60,019 nt of DNA from Clostridia bacterium (GTDB lineage Bacteria > Bacillota > Clostridia > Oscillospirales > CAG-272). This document shows positions 47,477 to 57,925 of this stretch, in pieces. Numbering within the stretch: the first letter of the stretch is position 1; every line of letters starts with the position of its first letter. The position numbers and the translations under genes were made by a program. The DNA lies in NCBI GenBank assembly GCA_017414385.1, contig JAFQMO010000152.1:1-60019 (forward strand), given 5' to 3'. Below the pieces are notes generated by a model. It ran no database searches, was not told the DNA's origin, and saw only the letters and a list, made by a program, of their open reading frames with translations.

Positions 47477-47521
47477 AAAACCGTCCCCGCGGTCATTTGA
47501 CAGAAAGGAGGGGGTCATCAT

Positions 47522-48469
47522 ATGAACAGACAGCAAAATAACCGCCGGATCCCGGATCCGTCCCGCTATGATATGTATGCCGCCTTCCGAACCAAAGAAC
47601 GCGGAGAAGCAAAACAAAGTCGACGTGACGCCCCGCCCTCTATGTACGATGTCACCATGGAACGCAGAAAGCAGGCACAGCAGAGGGCATCTGCGGAACG
47701 CAGCAGACAGCATGCCGACTCCATCTACCATCAGTATGTCGTACAAAAGAAGACAGGCGCAGCCGTACGCAAGACTCCGCAGCCCAAGCAGTCCGTACCC
47801 GCGGATTACGGAACTCGTATTCAGAATGACGGAGACGACAATTACCGTTACGGCTATCACTCCAGCTACCGTACCGCCGACGGACGTATCCTTGACGGTT
47901 TCGATAAGACCGGACGGCCGATCTACCGTGAGGATGTACAGCCGGAAAACGGCGGTATTGTACAGCGTACCTCCTTTGTTCCCGATGCTGCACGCAAGCT
48001 GCACCCCGTCAGGAGGATCCGCGTGGAAACGCTTGCCAACACCGACGTTAAGCCGTTCCCTCTTCGTTTTGTGCTCGTGATCACCTTCTGTACTGCACTC
48101 ATTATGGGTGTCCTCTATACATACATGCAGCTCAACGAGCACACAAACAATCTCTCCGTTTTGAACTATACGCTCAACGAGCTCCGTGCCGATGCCAATG
48201 CATTGGAAGCAGAGGTTGTCCGACGCGAGGATCTGTTATCCATAGAGCAGACCGCTGAGGAGATCCTCGGCATGGTCAAAAGCGATATTCTCACAAAAAT
48301 ATACATATCCATCGAAAACGAGGACAAGACAGAGGTCGTTTCCCGTCCAAAGACAGAAAAAGAAGAGATCATATCGGTCAAAATCGATCTGAACACCGGA
48401 AAACCGATCACCGAAAACACTGCCGAAAATGGCACTGACAAATCCGATCAACACTCCTCCGATTCATAA
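47522..48469 (+). CDS. ftsL: FtsL-like cell division protein with a cytoplasmic N-terminal extension of about 180 aa
   Basis: Positioned between rsmH and the class B PBP. It has a single TM (FPLRFVLVITFCTALIMGVLYTY), followed by a coiled coil (LNEHTNNLSVLNYTLNELRADANALEAEVVRRE) and the FtsL-type block LLSIEQTAEEILGMV. It is 315 aa, against about 110-120 aa for typical FtsL. Confidence 0.65.
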   Translation: MNRQQNNRRIPDPSRYDMYAAFRTKERGEAKQSRRDAPPSMYDVTMERRKQAQQRASAERSRQHADSIYHQYVVQKKTGAAVRKTPQPKQSVPADYGTRIQNDGDDNYRYGYHSSYRTADGRILDGFDKTGRPIYREDVQPENGGIVQRTSFVPDAARKLHPVRRIRVETLANTDVKPFPLRFVLVITFCTALIMGVLYTYMQLNEHTNNLSVLNYTLNELRADANALEAEVVRREDLLSIEQTAEEILGMVKSDILTKIYISIENEDKTEVVSRPKTEKEEIISVKIDLNTGKPITENTAENGTDKSDQHSSDS

Positions 48470-48532
48470 AAAACCACCCCGGCCATATAATGAAAAAGAC
48501 AAAGCTATGAGAAAGGAGAACGGGAATATCTT

Positions 48533-50791
48533 ATGTTCATCAAGCCTGACAAACATATCCTGCAGCGCGGTAAGCTTGTACTCGGCGGCGCGATCCTTCT
48601 GTGGGCCGTGCTGATCTTCCGTCTGTTTTGGCTGCAGGTCATCAAATATGACGAATATCACCGACTGGTTATCGCCAACATCACCGCATCCTCGGAGATC
48701 AGTGCTCCCCGCGGTATCATATATGACCGTAACATGACCGAGCTTGCGATCAATACAACCCTCCAAAGAGTCTTTATCGCTCCATGTGACATTCGCGATG
48801 AAGAGGAAAAGCTTCTCATTGCGCGCTTCCTGTCCGATGTTCTGGAGGTAGATTACGACACGATCATTGCCAAGGCCAATAAATCCTTGCGCCAAGATGA
48901 AACCATCAAAAACTACGTTGAGAAGGATGCTGCCGATAAGATCCGTGCATTCATCGACGAAAACAATCTGACCTGCGTTCATCTGCAGGATCAGACCAAG
49001 CGTTATTACCCGTTCGGTTCGCTCGCATCTCATGTCATCGGATTCACGGGAACAGAAGGCTCCGGTCTTTACGGACTTGAATTGCAGTATAACGATTATC
49101 TGACCGGTGTTGCCGGAAAGATCATTACCTCGACCAATGCACGAGGCGGTTCCATACCGACAAAATATGAAAGCTATACCGAATCCGAGAGCGGATACAA
49201 TGTTGTCACCACGATCGATTACAAGATCCAAAGCATGCTCGAGGAGCAGGTCATGGCATCCTTCTATGACAACAATGCGCAAAACCGATGCTGCGGTATC
49301 GTTATCGACTGCAATACCGGTGCCATCCTCGCGATGTCTACCTATCCCAACTACGATCTCAACAATCCGTCTGTTCTGGATGACTGGTCCCTTTCTCAAC
49401 TCAATGCATATGTTCCGGGCAGCGAGGATTATATGGCTGCACAGTCTGAGCTGCGTCTGCAGATGTGGAATAACAAGCCGATTTCCACGTTGTATGAGCC
49501 GGGCTCTACATTCAAGATCATTACCGCTTCCATGGGACTTGAAGAAAACGTGTTTCAGGATACGACGGAATTCACCTGTACAGACCCCTTCTACGTTCCG
49601 TTGACAGAAGAGACCAAGTGGCCCGTCAGTTGTTGGCATGCGGGAGGCCACGGTACTGTCACCTTCCGGTCAGGTCTTCAGCAATCCTGTAATCCTACGC
49701 TGATGCAGGCCGTTTGGCTCATCGGCAAAGATACCTTCTACAAATATGTTCAGGCATATGGCTTCACCTCCAAGACCGATATCGATCTTCCCGGTGAATC
49801 CAAGGGTATTTTCCACACACCGGCAACGCTCAATATTCTCGAGCTTTCCACAGCCTCCTTCGGTCAGAACTTTAAGACGACACCGCTGCAGGAGCTTGTT
49901 GCGATCTGTTCCGTTGCAAACGGCGGTACACTTGTTACGCCGTATGTCGTATCTGCACTTGTGGATGACGAGGGCAACACCATCGTCGACACCGTTCCCG
50001 AGGTGAAGCGCACCATCATAAGCGAAGATACCGCAAAGCTGGTTACCGATATTCTTGCGGAAGGCGTTTCCTCCGGCGGTGCTGCCAAAAATGCCTATGT
50101 CAAGGGCTACAAGGTTGCAGCAAAAACCGGAACCTCCGAGGTCACGGAAATTCGTAATGAAGACGGCGAAACATATCTTCGTATCGGTTCCTGTGTCGCT
50201 TATGCACCTGCTGACGACCCGCAGATCGCAATGATCATCATCTGTGACCAGCCGAATACAGAAAACGTCTTCGGATCCGTTACCGCCGCACCCTATGTTT
50301 CCCATGCAATGGGCGACATTCTCCGCTATATGAATATTGACCCGGTGTACACAGAGGAGGAGCTTGCCGATATGGAGGTTACCGTCGCTAACTTCATCGG
50401 GCTCTCCACAGAGGAAGCAATTGCCGAGCTTGAAAAGAAAGGGCTTTCCTATAAGATCTACGGCGACGGCCCCACCATCACACAGCAGGTTCCCAAGACC
50501 GGCTCCACCATCATTCAGGGATCGGGTCTGATCGTACTTTACTCCGGAAATGAGCTTCCGCGTGAAAGCATCCTCGTCCCCAACCTTCTCGGTTACTCGA
50601 TCTCCGGTGCTACAAAGAAGCTGACGGATCTGGGACTGAACATTCTCCTCGAGGGTGCAACACAGTCTTATACCAATACCGGCTCCTACGCACAGGCCAT
50701 CAACCAATCTATTCCGGAAGGAACCAAGGTCACCCCCGGAACCGTCGTTTCCGTCGAGTTCCGATTCACAGACGCACAGGACGGCGGTTGA
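48533..50791 (+). CDS. Class B penicillin-binding protein (FtsI/PBP2B/SpoVD type) with two C-terminal PASTA domains
   Basis: N-terminal TM, a dimerisation domain, and the transpeptidase motifs STFK (EPGSTFKIITA), SCN (QQSCNPT) and KTG (AAKTGTSE). The two PASTA repeats are VANFIGLSTEEAIAELEKKGL and VPNLLGYSISGATKKLTDLGL. Confidence 0.92.
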   Translation: MFIKPDKHILQRGKLVLGGAILLWAVLIFRLFWLQVIKYDEYHRLVIANITASSEISAPRGIIYDRNMTELAINTTLQRVFIAPCDIRDEEEKLLIARFLSDVLEVDYDTIIAKANKSLRQDETIKNYVEKDAADKIRAFIDENNLTCVHLQDQTKRYYPFGSLASHVIGFTGTEGSGLYGLELQYNDYLTGVAGKIITSTNARGGSIPTKYESYTESESGYNVVTTIDYKIQSMLEEQVMASFYDNNAQNRCCGIVIDCNTGAILAMSTYPNYDLNNPSVLDDWSLSQLNAYVPGSEDYMAAQSELRLQMWNNKPISTLYEPGSTFKIITASMGLEENVFQDTTEFTCTDPFYVPLTEETKWPVSCWHAGGHGTVTFRSGLQQSCNPTLMQAVWLIGKDTFYKYVQAYGFTSKTDIDLPGESKGIFHTPATLNILELSTASFGQNFKTTPLQELVAICSVANGGTLVTPYVVSALVDDEGNTIVDTVPEVKRTIISEDTAKLVTDILAEGVSSGGAAKNAYVKGYKVAAKTGTSEVTEIRNEDGETYLRIGSCVAYAPADDPQIAMIIICDQPNTENVFGSVTAAPYVSHAMGDILRYMNIDPVYTEEELADMEVTVANFIGLSTEEAIAELEKKGLSYKIYGDGPTITQQVPKTGSTIIQGSGLIVLYSGNELPRESILVPNLLGYSISGATKKLTDLGLNILLEGATQSYTNTGSYAQAINQSIPEGTKVTPGTVVSVEFRFTDAQDGG

Positions 50792-50856
50792 TCCGTTGTT
50801 CTTCAAACAAAAGGACGTTCAACATATCCTCTGATCACACAACAGGAGGTATGAGC

Positions 50857-52374
50857 ATGACGCTCCTTCGTTTGCTTGGCGATCTTCGGATCGACGATAT
50901 TCGTTTCATCAGCTGCTGCGATATTCTGTTTACAGACTGCGGTGCGCCAAGACGGGATTCCCGCACCGTGCAAAGTGGTGATGTGTTCTTCTGCCTGCGC
51001 GGTGCTTCCATCGACGGTCATGACATGATTGCGGATGCCGTAAAACGCGGTGCATCGTGTGTCATCGTCGATGACCCCCGTTATTCGGATACGATCCCCG
51101 TACCGTGGGTCTGTCTGTACGATGTTTCCGCGTGTTATTTGTCGGCTTGTCTGTCTTATTATGAGCATCCGGAGCAAGGCATGACATTGATCGCTGTCAC
51201 AGGCACAAACGGAAAAACATCTGTCGTCTATATGATAGAGGCAATGCTGTCCGCAGATCCCCGCTTTTCACCGTGTGCCGTTTTCGGTACAGTAGAAAAC
51301 AGGATCGCAGGTGTTCCTCTTCCCTCCTCACATACAACACCTCCTCCCGAGGAGCTTGCACGGTTGCTTGCAAAAGCGCATGCCGCAGGTGTTCGATCTG
51401 TGATCCTGGAAGCATCCTCACATGCCTTGGAGCAAAACCGATTGGCACGTCTGCGTTTTTCGTGCGGCATCTTTACAAATCTGACGGAAGATCATCTGGA
51501 CTATCATAAAACCATGGAAAACTACTTCCAAAGCAAGCGAAAGCTCTTCTCTGCATGTGATCTTTGTCTGTTCAATACCGATGATCCTCACGGAAAAAGA
51601 CTCGCAGACGATCCTACGTTTTCTCTGCACCATGTACGCTTTGCGGTCTCGGCCTCCACCTTTTCCGATGCGGATATTTATCCTTCCGACATATCGACAG
51701 ATGCCGAAAAGACGACGGTTTCTCTGTGCTCGGACCGTTTTGGCGATGCAGCATTGACAGTCCCTCTGTCCGGCACATTCGTTGCTGCAAACCTGACTGC
51801 TGCAGCTGCCTGCTGCCGTGCGATCGGTGTTCCTTGGGAGAGCATTTCATCTGCCATTCGGACAATGCACAGTATCCCGGGGAGAATGGAACGGCTCCTT
51901 GCCGATCCATTCTACGTTTTTCTGGATTATGCACACACCCCGGATGCGCTTTCACGCGCGATCCGCAGTCTTCACGCCATGCGTACCGATCCCACGCAGC
52001 GCGTCCTTGTCCTGTTTGGCTGCGGCGGCGACAGAGAGCGGCAAAAACGGCCGATGATGGGTGCCATTGCATCAACGCTTGCAGACGTATGCATCATTAC
52101 CTCCGATAACAGCCGTTCCGAGGATCCGTTTGCGATCATTTCAGATATCATGTGCGGTGTATCAGAGCAGAATATACACAAATGTCAGGTCGTTCCTCAG
52201 CGTGAGGAAGCCATCCGTGTTCTCCTTTCCGCCGCCCGTAAAAGGGATCTTGTCCTGCTTGCGGGGAAAGGCCATGAGACCTATCAGATCGACCGCCAAG
52301 GAAAACACCCCTTCTCGGAACGCAGCATCGTATCCGAATATATCGAAGCTCACAAGACTGCCCCTCCCCTGTAA
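50857..52374 (+). CDS. murE: UDP-N-acetylmuramoyl-L-alanyl-D-glutamate--2,6-diaminopimelate ligase
   Basis: P-loop VTGTNGKTSV, the HALEQNR block, and GCGGDRERQKRPMMG. The ATG at 50857 has AGGAGGT 6 nt upstream. The track start at 50788 overlaps the PBP gene and lacks an SD. The motif reads DNSR where DAP-adding enzymes usually have DNPR. Confidence 0.9.
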   Translation: MTLLRLLGDLRIDDIRFISCCDILFTDCGAPRRDSRTVQSGDVFFCLRGASIDGHDMIADAVKRGASCVIVDDPRYSDTIPVPWVCLYDVSACYLSACLSYYEHPEQGMTLIAVTGTNGKTSVVYMIEAMLSADPRFSPCAVFGTVENRIAGVPLPSSHTTPPPEELARLLAKAHAAGVRSVILEASSHALEQNRLARLRFSCGIFTNLTEDHLDYHKTMENYFQSKRKLFSACDLCLFNTDDPHGKRLADDPTFSLHHVRFAVSASTFSDADIYPSDISTDAEKTTVSLCSDRFGDAALTVPLSGTFVAANLTAAAACCRAIGVPWESISSAIRTMHSIPGRMERLLADPFYVFLDYAHTPDALSRAIRSLHAMRTDPTQRVLVLFGCGGDRERQKRPMMGAIASTLADVCIITSDNSRSEDPFAIISDIMCGVSEQNIHKCQVVPQREEAIRVLLSAARKRDLVLLAGKGHETYQIDRQGKHPFSERSIVSEYIEAHKTAPPL

Positions 52375-52416
52375 GCAGAACGGCAGAAAAACGAAACGGA
52401 AAGGAGCCCCAATATT

Positions 52417-53856
52417 ATGAAAACCCAATTCGATGCGCTGACATTTTCCACAAAAGCGCTTTCTGCCATCGTCGGCGGTACGGTTATCCGTGAAAGTCAT
52501 GCTCCGCACAAGGGGCTCGTCACAGACTCCCGCATTGCCGAAAAAAACAATATTTTTCTCGCGTTATGCGGCGAAAACGCAGACGGCCACAATTTTATCG
52601 GTGCAGCTGCTGCCAACGGTGCCACCTGTATCATAGCAGAGCGTATCACAGAGGACGTCATGCGAAAAATGCCGCATGACTGCGCAGTTATCCTTGTCCC
52701 GAACACACTGTACGCACTTGGTGCGCTCGGAAAATGGCATCTGAACAGTATTCAGCCGACTGTCATCGCCATCACCGGAAGTGTCGGTAAAACCACAACA
52801 AAGCAAATGATCCATTCCGTTATGCGTGCAGCATACCCCACGGGTGCCATGTGTACCGACGGAAATTACAATAACGAGATCGGTCTCCCCTTGACACTGA
52901 TGCAGATCAAGGCAGACGACCGCATTGCCGTTCTGGAAGCCGGCATGAGCTTTGCGGGGGAATTGCACCGTCTCTCCCTGCTCTCCACCCCCAATATCAC
53001 TGTAATTACCAATATCGGAACCTCTCATATTGAGAATCTCGGCTCCAGAGAAGGCATCCGCGATGCAAAGCTCGAAATGCTTGACGGTATGAAGGCGGGC
53101 GGTACAGTGATTCTGAGCGGTGACGAACCGCTTCTGTTTGAGAAAAAAGACGACATTCTTGCGCGTGATCTGACCCCGATCTACTTTGCCACACAAAACA
53201 AAGAGTCAGACTATCTGATCGAAAACGTCCGTATGACCCCCACCGACGGTCTGTTTGATCTCAAAAACACAAAAACGGGGCAGATCACTCGAGACCTGTA
53301 CATTCCTGTTACGGGTGAGCACAACGTTGGAAATGCCGCTGCCGCATTCCTGTGCGGTCAGCTTATGGCACTTTCCGAGGAAGATATTCGCCGCGGTCTC
53401 TCCGCTTTCCAAAACACCGGATATCGTCAGAAGATCTTTGATTACGAAAGCATCACCGTCATTGAGGATTGCTACAATGCAAGTCCCGAATCGATGGAGG
53501 CTGCGCTGCGTGTTCTTTCCGCACTTGCCGAAGAAAAGAAAAAGCGCAGCATCGCCGTGCTCGGCGACATGAAGGAGCTTGGCACGTACGCTCCGCGTCT
53601 GCATAAGCGTGTCGGCAATTTTGCTGCAGGCTGCGGCATTGATCTGCTCTTTACCATCGGTGAAAATGCGGCAGATCTGGCTGAGGGCGCTGTGATCGGC
53701 GGAATGTCCGAGGAGTGTATCGTATGTCTTCCCACGGATACCGATGCCGCTGCACAAATCCTTCGTACATATTTGACCGACGGCGATACGGTTCTTTTCA
53801 AAGCAAGCCGTGCAATGGCTTTAGAGAACATCGTCAATGCGCTGATAAGCAATTGA
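52417..53856 (+). CDS. murF: UDP-N-acetylmuramoyl-tripeptide--D-alanyl-D-alanine ligase
   Basis: P-loop ITGSVGKTTTK, the EAGMSFAGELHRLS block, and C-terminal DCYNASPESM and GDMKELG. Confidence 0.93.
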   Translation: MKTQFDALTFSTKALSAIVGGTVIRESHAPHKGLVTDSRIAEKNNIFLALCGENADGHNFIGAAAANGATCIIAERITEDVMRKMPHDCAVILVPNTLYALGALGKWHLNSIQPTVIAITGSVGKTTTKQMIHSVMRAAYPTGAMCTDGNYNNEIGLPLTLMQIKADDRIAVLEAGMSFAGELHRLSLLSTPNITVITNIGTSHIENLGSREGIRDAKLEMLDGMKAGGTVILSGDEPLLFEKKDDILARDLTPIYFATQNKESDYLIENVRMTPTDGLFDLKNTKTGQITRDLYIPVTGEHNVGNAAAAFLCGQLMALSEEDIRRGLSAFQNTGYRQKIFDYESITVIEDCYNASPESMEAALRVLSALAEEKKKRSIAVLGDMKELGTYAPRLHKRVGNFAAGCGIDLLFTIGENAADLAEGAVIGGMSEECIVCLPTDTDAAAQILRTYLTDGDTVLFKASRAMALENIVNALISN

Positions 53857-53950
53857 CGTATCTTTCCATCAAAATAAAGACTCAACAAATTTCCGTTATT
53901 ACAAAAAAGAAAGGACGCTGCCGTATCCGATACGGGCCGTGGAACGATCT

Positions 53951-55009
53951 ATGCAGATTCAACCCATTCACCTTTTCCTCATTATGGTCGCTGCCGTATT
54001 CCTTTTTACCGTCATCTTCTGCCGTATTCTGATTCCTAAGCTGAGGTCCTTGAAAATGGGACAGAAGATCCTCGATATCGGTCCCCGGTGGCATAAAAGC
54101 AAGGAGGGTACGCCTACCATGGGCGGTCTTTCCTTCATCGGTGCATCGGTCATCGGTGCTGTTGTGATCCTTGCAGTCCTGCTTATCATAAGCAAAGGAG
54201 CCTTCCGTATCTCCGCACTTGTTCCATACCTTGTAACATTGCTTTTTGCCATTGTTTCGGGTATGATCGGTATCATTGACGACTCTGTTAAGATCACAAA
54301 AAAGCAAAATGCCGGACTCACTGCCCCACAAAAATTCTTGCTTCAGGTTATCTCCGCCGCACTCTATCTGTTTGTTCTCCATCTGTGCGGCATCATCGAC
54401 ACAACGCTGCATATTCCCTTCCTTGGATGGGAATGGGAGATGGGAATCTTCTATTATGTCGTTGTGATCATTTTGATCACAGGTGTTGTAAACAGCGTCA
54501 ATCTGACAGACGGCATCGACGGACTCGCGTCCACAGAGACCTTTGTTGTCGGTATCTTTTTTGCCGTAGTCGCACATCTCGGCGCGCTGACACAGCTTAG
54601 TGACGGTGTCTCGCTCTGCCTCTCCCTCTCGGCAGCAACAGCGATCGGCGCATCCCTTGGATTCCTTGTATATAATTTCTATCCGGCACGTGTTTTTATG
54701 GGGGATACGGGATCGTTGTTCTTCGGAGCGCTTGTTGTCGGTATGTCGCTGATTGCAGGCAATCCGCTCCTCATTCTTTTTGCCGGCTTGATGTATATTG
54801 CCGAAACGGCATCTGTCATACTGCAGACACTTTATTTCAAATACACACGGATGCGTTACGGTACCGGAAAACGAATCTTCAAAATGAGCCCCATTCATCA
54901 TCATTTTGAAATGTGCGGTTGGAGCGAGATTCGGGTCGTTTCCGTATTCGGAACGCTCACTGCAGTCAGCTGTCTCATTACCTTTTTGCTTGAATATGTT
55001 CTGCTCTGA
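53951..55009 (+). CDS. mraY: Phospho-N-acetylmuramoyl-pentapeptide-transferase
   Basis: GQKILDIGPRWHKSKEGTPTMGG, NSVNLTDGIDGLAS and FMGDTGSLFFGA motifs. The start is either ATG 53951 or GTG 53939. Confidence 0.95.
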   Translation: MQIQPIHLFLIMVAAVFLFTVIFCRILIPKLRSLKMGQKILDIGPRWHKSKEGTPTMGGLSFIGASVIGAVVILAVLLIISKGAFRISALVPYLVTLLFAIVSGMIGIIDDSVKITKKQNAGLTAPQKFLLQVISAALYLFVLHLCGIIDTTLHIPFLGWEWEMGIFYYVVVIILITGVVNSVNLTDGIDGLASTETFVVGIFFAVVAHLGALTQLSDGVSLCLSLSAATAIGASLGFLVYNFYPARVFMGDTGSLFFGALVVGMSLIAGNPLLILFAGLMYIAETASVILQTLYFKYTRMRYGTGKRIFKMSPIHHHFEMCGWSEIRVVSVFGTLTAVSCLITFLLEYVLL

Positions 55010-55076
55010 TCGATATTCTGCAATGAAATACGAAAAGAAAGGATGCCTTTGCGTGTGAAAAGGCACGGTTCAATCT

Positions 55077-56408
55077 ATGGACTCCACCAATCGTTCCCGT
55101 ACACAGACATCCCAAAAGCAAATGGGTGTCCGTACCGGAAAGCCTATACCGCACTCCTCTGCAGAACGACGCGCTGCTTCCGCAGACCGTACAGCATCGG
55201 CGCCGACACAGGCGCCTCGCTCTAAGATTCCCACAGGAAAAGCACAGAAGCCGCAAGCTGCACATTCGGAGTCAAAAAAAGAGAAAAAAGAGCCGCCGGA
55301 AACCATCATCCGTCTGCGCGGCGGTGTTGACAGGCCATTTTTGGTTCTTGTTATCATCCTTGTATGCCTGGGATCTGCGATGGTATTTTCCGCAAGCTAT
55401 GCATATGCAGAATATCATTTCAATGACAGCTTATACTTTATCCGTTCTCAGCTTCGTTGGGTCGTTGTTGGCTTTGTCATCATGATCATTGTCATGCAGT
55501 TCGACTACCGTTGGTATCAAAAGCTGACGATGCCCGCGTTCTTCGGTACATTTGTACTGTTGACGTTGGTTCCCTTTATCGGAAAGACCGTTAACGGTGC
55601 AAAGCGATGGATCGTTGTCGGACCGATCCAGATCCAACCCTCGGAAATGATGAAGCTCGCACTCGTCATGGTTTTGGCATTGTACGTCTCTGCAAACCGA
55701 GGGCATATGAACAACTTCCGAAACGGAATTCTATATCCGTACTGTATCATTGGTGCGGTCTGCTTTGTCACCGCACTTGAGCGTCACCTTTCCGCGACGA
55801 TGATCCTTTTGATGATTGGAACACTTGTTATCTTTATCGGCGGAGCACCGAAAAAATGGTTGGTCAGCTTCATGGGAACCGGCGCAGGACTCGTCGGTAT
55901 CGCCATCATGTTATTTGATTATGCGCGATTACGTGTCGTCTATTGGATCCATCCGGAGAAGGACCCCGGCGCAGCCGGATATCAGCTTCTGCAAAGCCTT
56001 TATGCCATTGGCTCAGGCGGATTCCTCGGAACGGGACTCGGAAACAGCCGTCAAAAGTATCTGTATCTGCCCGAATCTCAGAATGACTTTATTTTTGCCG
56101 TCGTTTGCGAAGAATTCGGTTTTATCGGCGCACTTGCTATCATCGTTTTGTTTGCTCTGCTGCTGTGGCGCGGTGTCGTTATTGCTATGCACGCCCCCGA
56201 CACCTATTCTTCGATTTTGACACTCGGTATCATTACTCAGGTCGCACTGCAGTGCATTATGAACATTGCCGTTGTCACGGGAACAATGCCGGTTACAGGC
56301 GTATCTCTGCCATTCTTCTCGTATGGAGGTTCCTCGTTGGTCATGCTTTTGTTTGAGATGGGCATGATCCTCTCTGTTTCACGTTATTCTTATCAACAAC
56401 AAAAATAA
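55077..56408 (+). CDS. ftsW: FtsW/SpoVE-family SEDS peptidoglycan glycosyltransferase with an N-terminal tail of about 85 aa
   Basis: Polytopic membrane protein with the SEDS blocks IQPSEMMKLALVMVLA, LPESQNDFIFAVVCEEFGFIGA and LPFFSYGGSSL. The N-terminal 85 aa are Ser/Thr/Lys/Pro/Ala-rich and non-hydrophobic. Confidence 0.9.
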   Translation: MDSTNRSRTQTSQKQMGVRTGKPIPHSSAERRAASADRTASAPTQAPRSKIPTGKAQKPQAAHSESKKEKKEPPETIIRLRGGVDRPFLVLVIILVCLGSAMVFSASYAYAEYHFNDSLYFIRSQLRWVVVGFVIMIIVMQFDYRWYQKLTMPAFFGTFVLLTLVPFIGKTVNGAKRWIVVGPIQIQPSEMMKLALVMVLALYVSANRGHMNNFRNGILYPYCIIGAVCFVTALERHLSATMILLMIGTLVIFIGGAPKKWLVSFMGTGAGLVGIAIMLFDYARLRVVYWIHPEKDPGAAGYQLLQSLYAIGSGGFLGTGLGNSRQKYLYLPESQNDFIFAVVCEEFGFIGALAIIVLFALLLWRGVVIAMHAPDTYSSILTLGIITQVALQCIMNIAVVTGTMPVTGVSLPFFSYGGSSLVMLLFEMGMILSVSRYSYQQQK

Positions 56409-56438
56409 TTCCCCGTATAGGCGAAAGGATTTCACTTT

Positions 56439-57566
56439 ATGCGCGTTCTTATGACAGGCGGCGGTACGGGCGGTCACGTCAATCCCGCACTCGCTATTGC
56501 AAATATGATCCGAGAAAAGGAGCCGGATGCGGAAATCGCATTTGTCGGAACCTCACACGGTATTGAGAATAAGCTTGTGCCAAAGGAAGGCTATCCACTT
56601 TATCATATTGAGATCAGAGGACTCCGACGTTCCCTGTCGCTCTCGAATCTCAAAACCGCACTGTTGGTCTTTACATCTGTCATCAAGGGAAAGAAGCTGA
56701 TCGACGAGTTCAAACCGGATATCGTTATCGGTACCGGTGGATATGCTTGCTGGCCAATTCTCAAAGCGGCATCGCTCAAGGGTGTGCCGACAGCGCTGCA
56801 TGAATCCAATGCAGTTCCCGGTGTTGCGGTAAAGATGTTGGAAAACGCAGTTGACCGTGTATTCATCAATTTCGAGGAAAGCAGAGCACAACTCAAGCAT
56901 CCCGACCGTGCAGTACGTGTCGGCAATCCGCTGCGTATGAAGCCGGGCAGTATCCGTTACGAGGACGCCAGAAAACAGCTTGGAATCACCGGGAATTACC
57001 GTTATTTCATTCTGTCCTGCGGCGGGTCCATGGGAGCGGAGCAGGTCAATTTCGCAATGCTTGATTTAATGAAGGAATATACCTCCAAGCATCCCGAGAT
57101 CCTTCACGTTCATGCAACAGGAGCCATTGAATACGAAGAGACAAAGAAGCGATTTGAGGAGGCGGGGCTGCATCAATATCCCAACATCCGTCTGCTTGAG
57201 TATATTTACGATATGCCGCTCCAAATGACAGCCGCAGATCTTGTGATCGCACGCGCCGGCTCCATTACACTCTCTGAGCTTGCGCTTGGCGAAAAGGCTT
57301 GTATCCTCATCCCCTCCCCCAATGTCACAAATAACCACCAATACAAAAACGCAAAGGTTTTGGCTGATCGCGGCGCCGCGATCCTGATCGAAGAAAAAGA
57401 CATCACGCCCAAAGCAATGACGGATGCAGTTGTATCGGTGCTCAACGACACAAAATGCCGTCACAGCATGCAGGAAAGCATTCGTTCATTCGCCGTATCC
57501 GATGCAGCAGAAAAAATCTATGATTCCTGCAAGCAGCTGATTCTGGAAAAACAAAGCAACGTATAA
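56439..57566 (+). CDS. murG: UDP-N-acetylglucosamine--N-acetylmuramyl-(pentapeptide) pyrophosphoryl-undecaprenol N-acetylglucosamine transferase
   Basis: MRVLMTGGGTGGHVNPALAIA, GTGGYACWP, and the C-terminal blocks ARAGSITLSELA and NHQYKNA. Confidence 0.95.
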   Translation: MRVLMTGGGTGGHVNPALAIANMIREKEPDAEIAFVGTSHGIENKLVPKEGYPLYHIEIRGLRRSLSLSNLKTALLVFTSVIKGKKLIDEFKPDIVIGTGGYACWPILKAASLKGVPTALHESNAVPGVAVKMLENAVDRVFINFEESRAQLKHPDRAVRVGNPLRMKPGSIRYEDARKQLGITGNYRYFILSCGGSMGAEQVNFAMLDLMKEYTSKHPEILHVHATGAIEYEETKKRFEEAGLHQYPNIRLLEYIYDMPLQMTAADLVIARAGSITLSELALGEKACILIPSPNVTNNHQYKNAKVLADRGAAILIEEKDITPKAMTDAVVSVLNDTKCRHSMQESIRSFAVSDAAEKIYDSCKQLILEKQSNV

Positions 57567-57655
57567 AAACCTTTAATAAAAGTCCCAATTCAATTAAGTG
57601 TTCCCGCTCAAAGCAACCATGCTTGTTAAACAAGAATTTGTTTGGAGATTTATCT

Positions 57656-57925
57656 ATGAAATCAAAATGGACAGATGCACCATTGTTGCATAAAATTGTA
57701 ACGATAATATCCCTTCTCGCAAGTCTATCCGTTGTTGTTTTGGCTGTATTGCAGATGTTTGATATCTGGAATCAAGCAATCAATATTTGTGTTCCTTTGA
57801 TGGGTATAACAACGCTTTGCCAAGCATACACCCAATGGAATGCCAGCCGCAAAGTAGCATATTTCAGTATTGGAACGGCTGCCTTTGTTTTCATCTGTGC
57901 AATCGTAGTGTTTTTTGTCAAGTAA
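57656..57925 (+). CDS. Small (89-aa) three-TM membrane protein, AT-rich, of unknown function (possibly DUF3953/YczI-like)
   Basis: MKSKWTDAPLLHKIVTIISLLASLSVVVLAVLQMFDIWNQAINICVPLMGITTLCQAYTQWNASRKVAYFSIGTAAFVFICAIVVFFVK, with SD GGAGA 7 nt upstream. GC is 104/270 nt by my hand count. It uses the TCA and CTA codons that rpoB avoids completely. Confidence 0.6.
   Translation: MKSKWTDAPLLHKIVTIISLLASLSVVVLAVLQMFDIWNQAINICVPLMGITTLCQAYTQWNASRKVAYFSIGTAAFVFICAIVVFFVK

Noticed and set aside
48464-50806. Two long minus-strand ORFs (395 aa and 378 aa) opposite the class B PBP gene
   Set aside because: Both are in the codon-complement phase of the PBP gene, which has the STFK, SCN and KTG motifs and PASTA domains. 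They are shadow ORFs.
53882-55066. 394-aa minus-strand ORF opposite mraY
   Set aside because: It is in the codon-complement phase of mraY. It is a shadow ORF.
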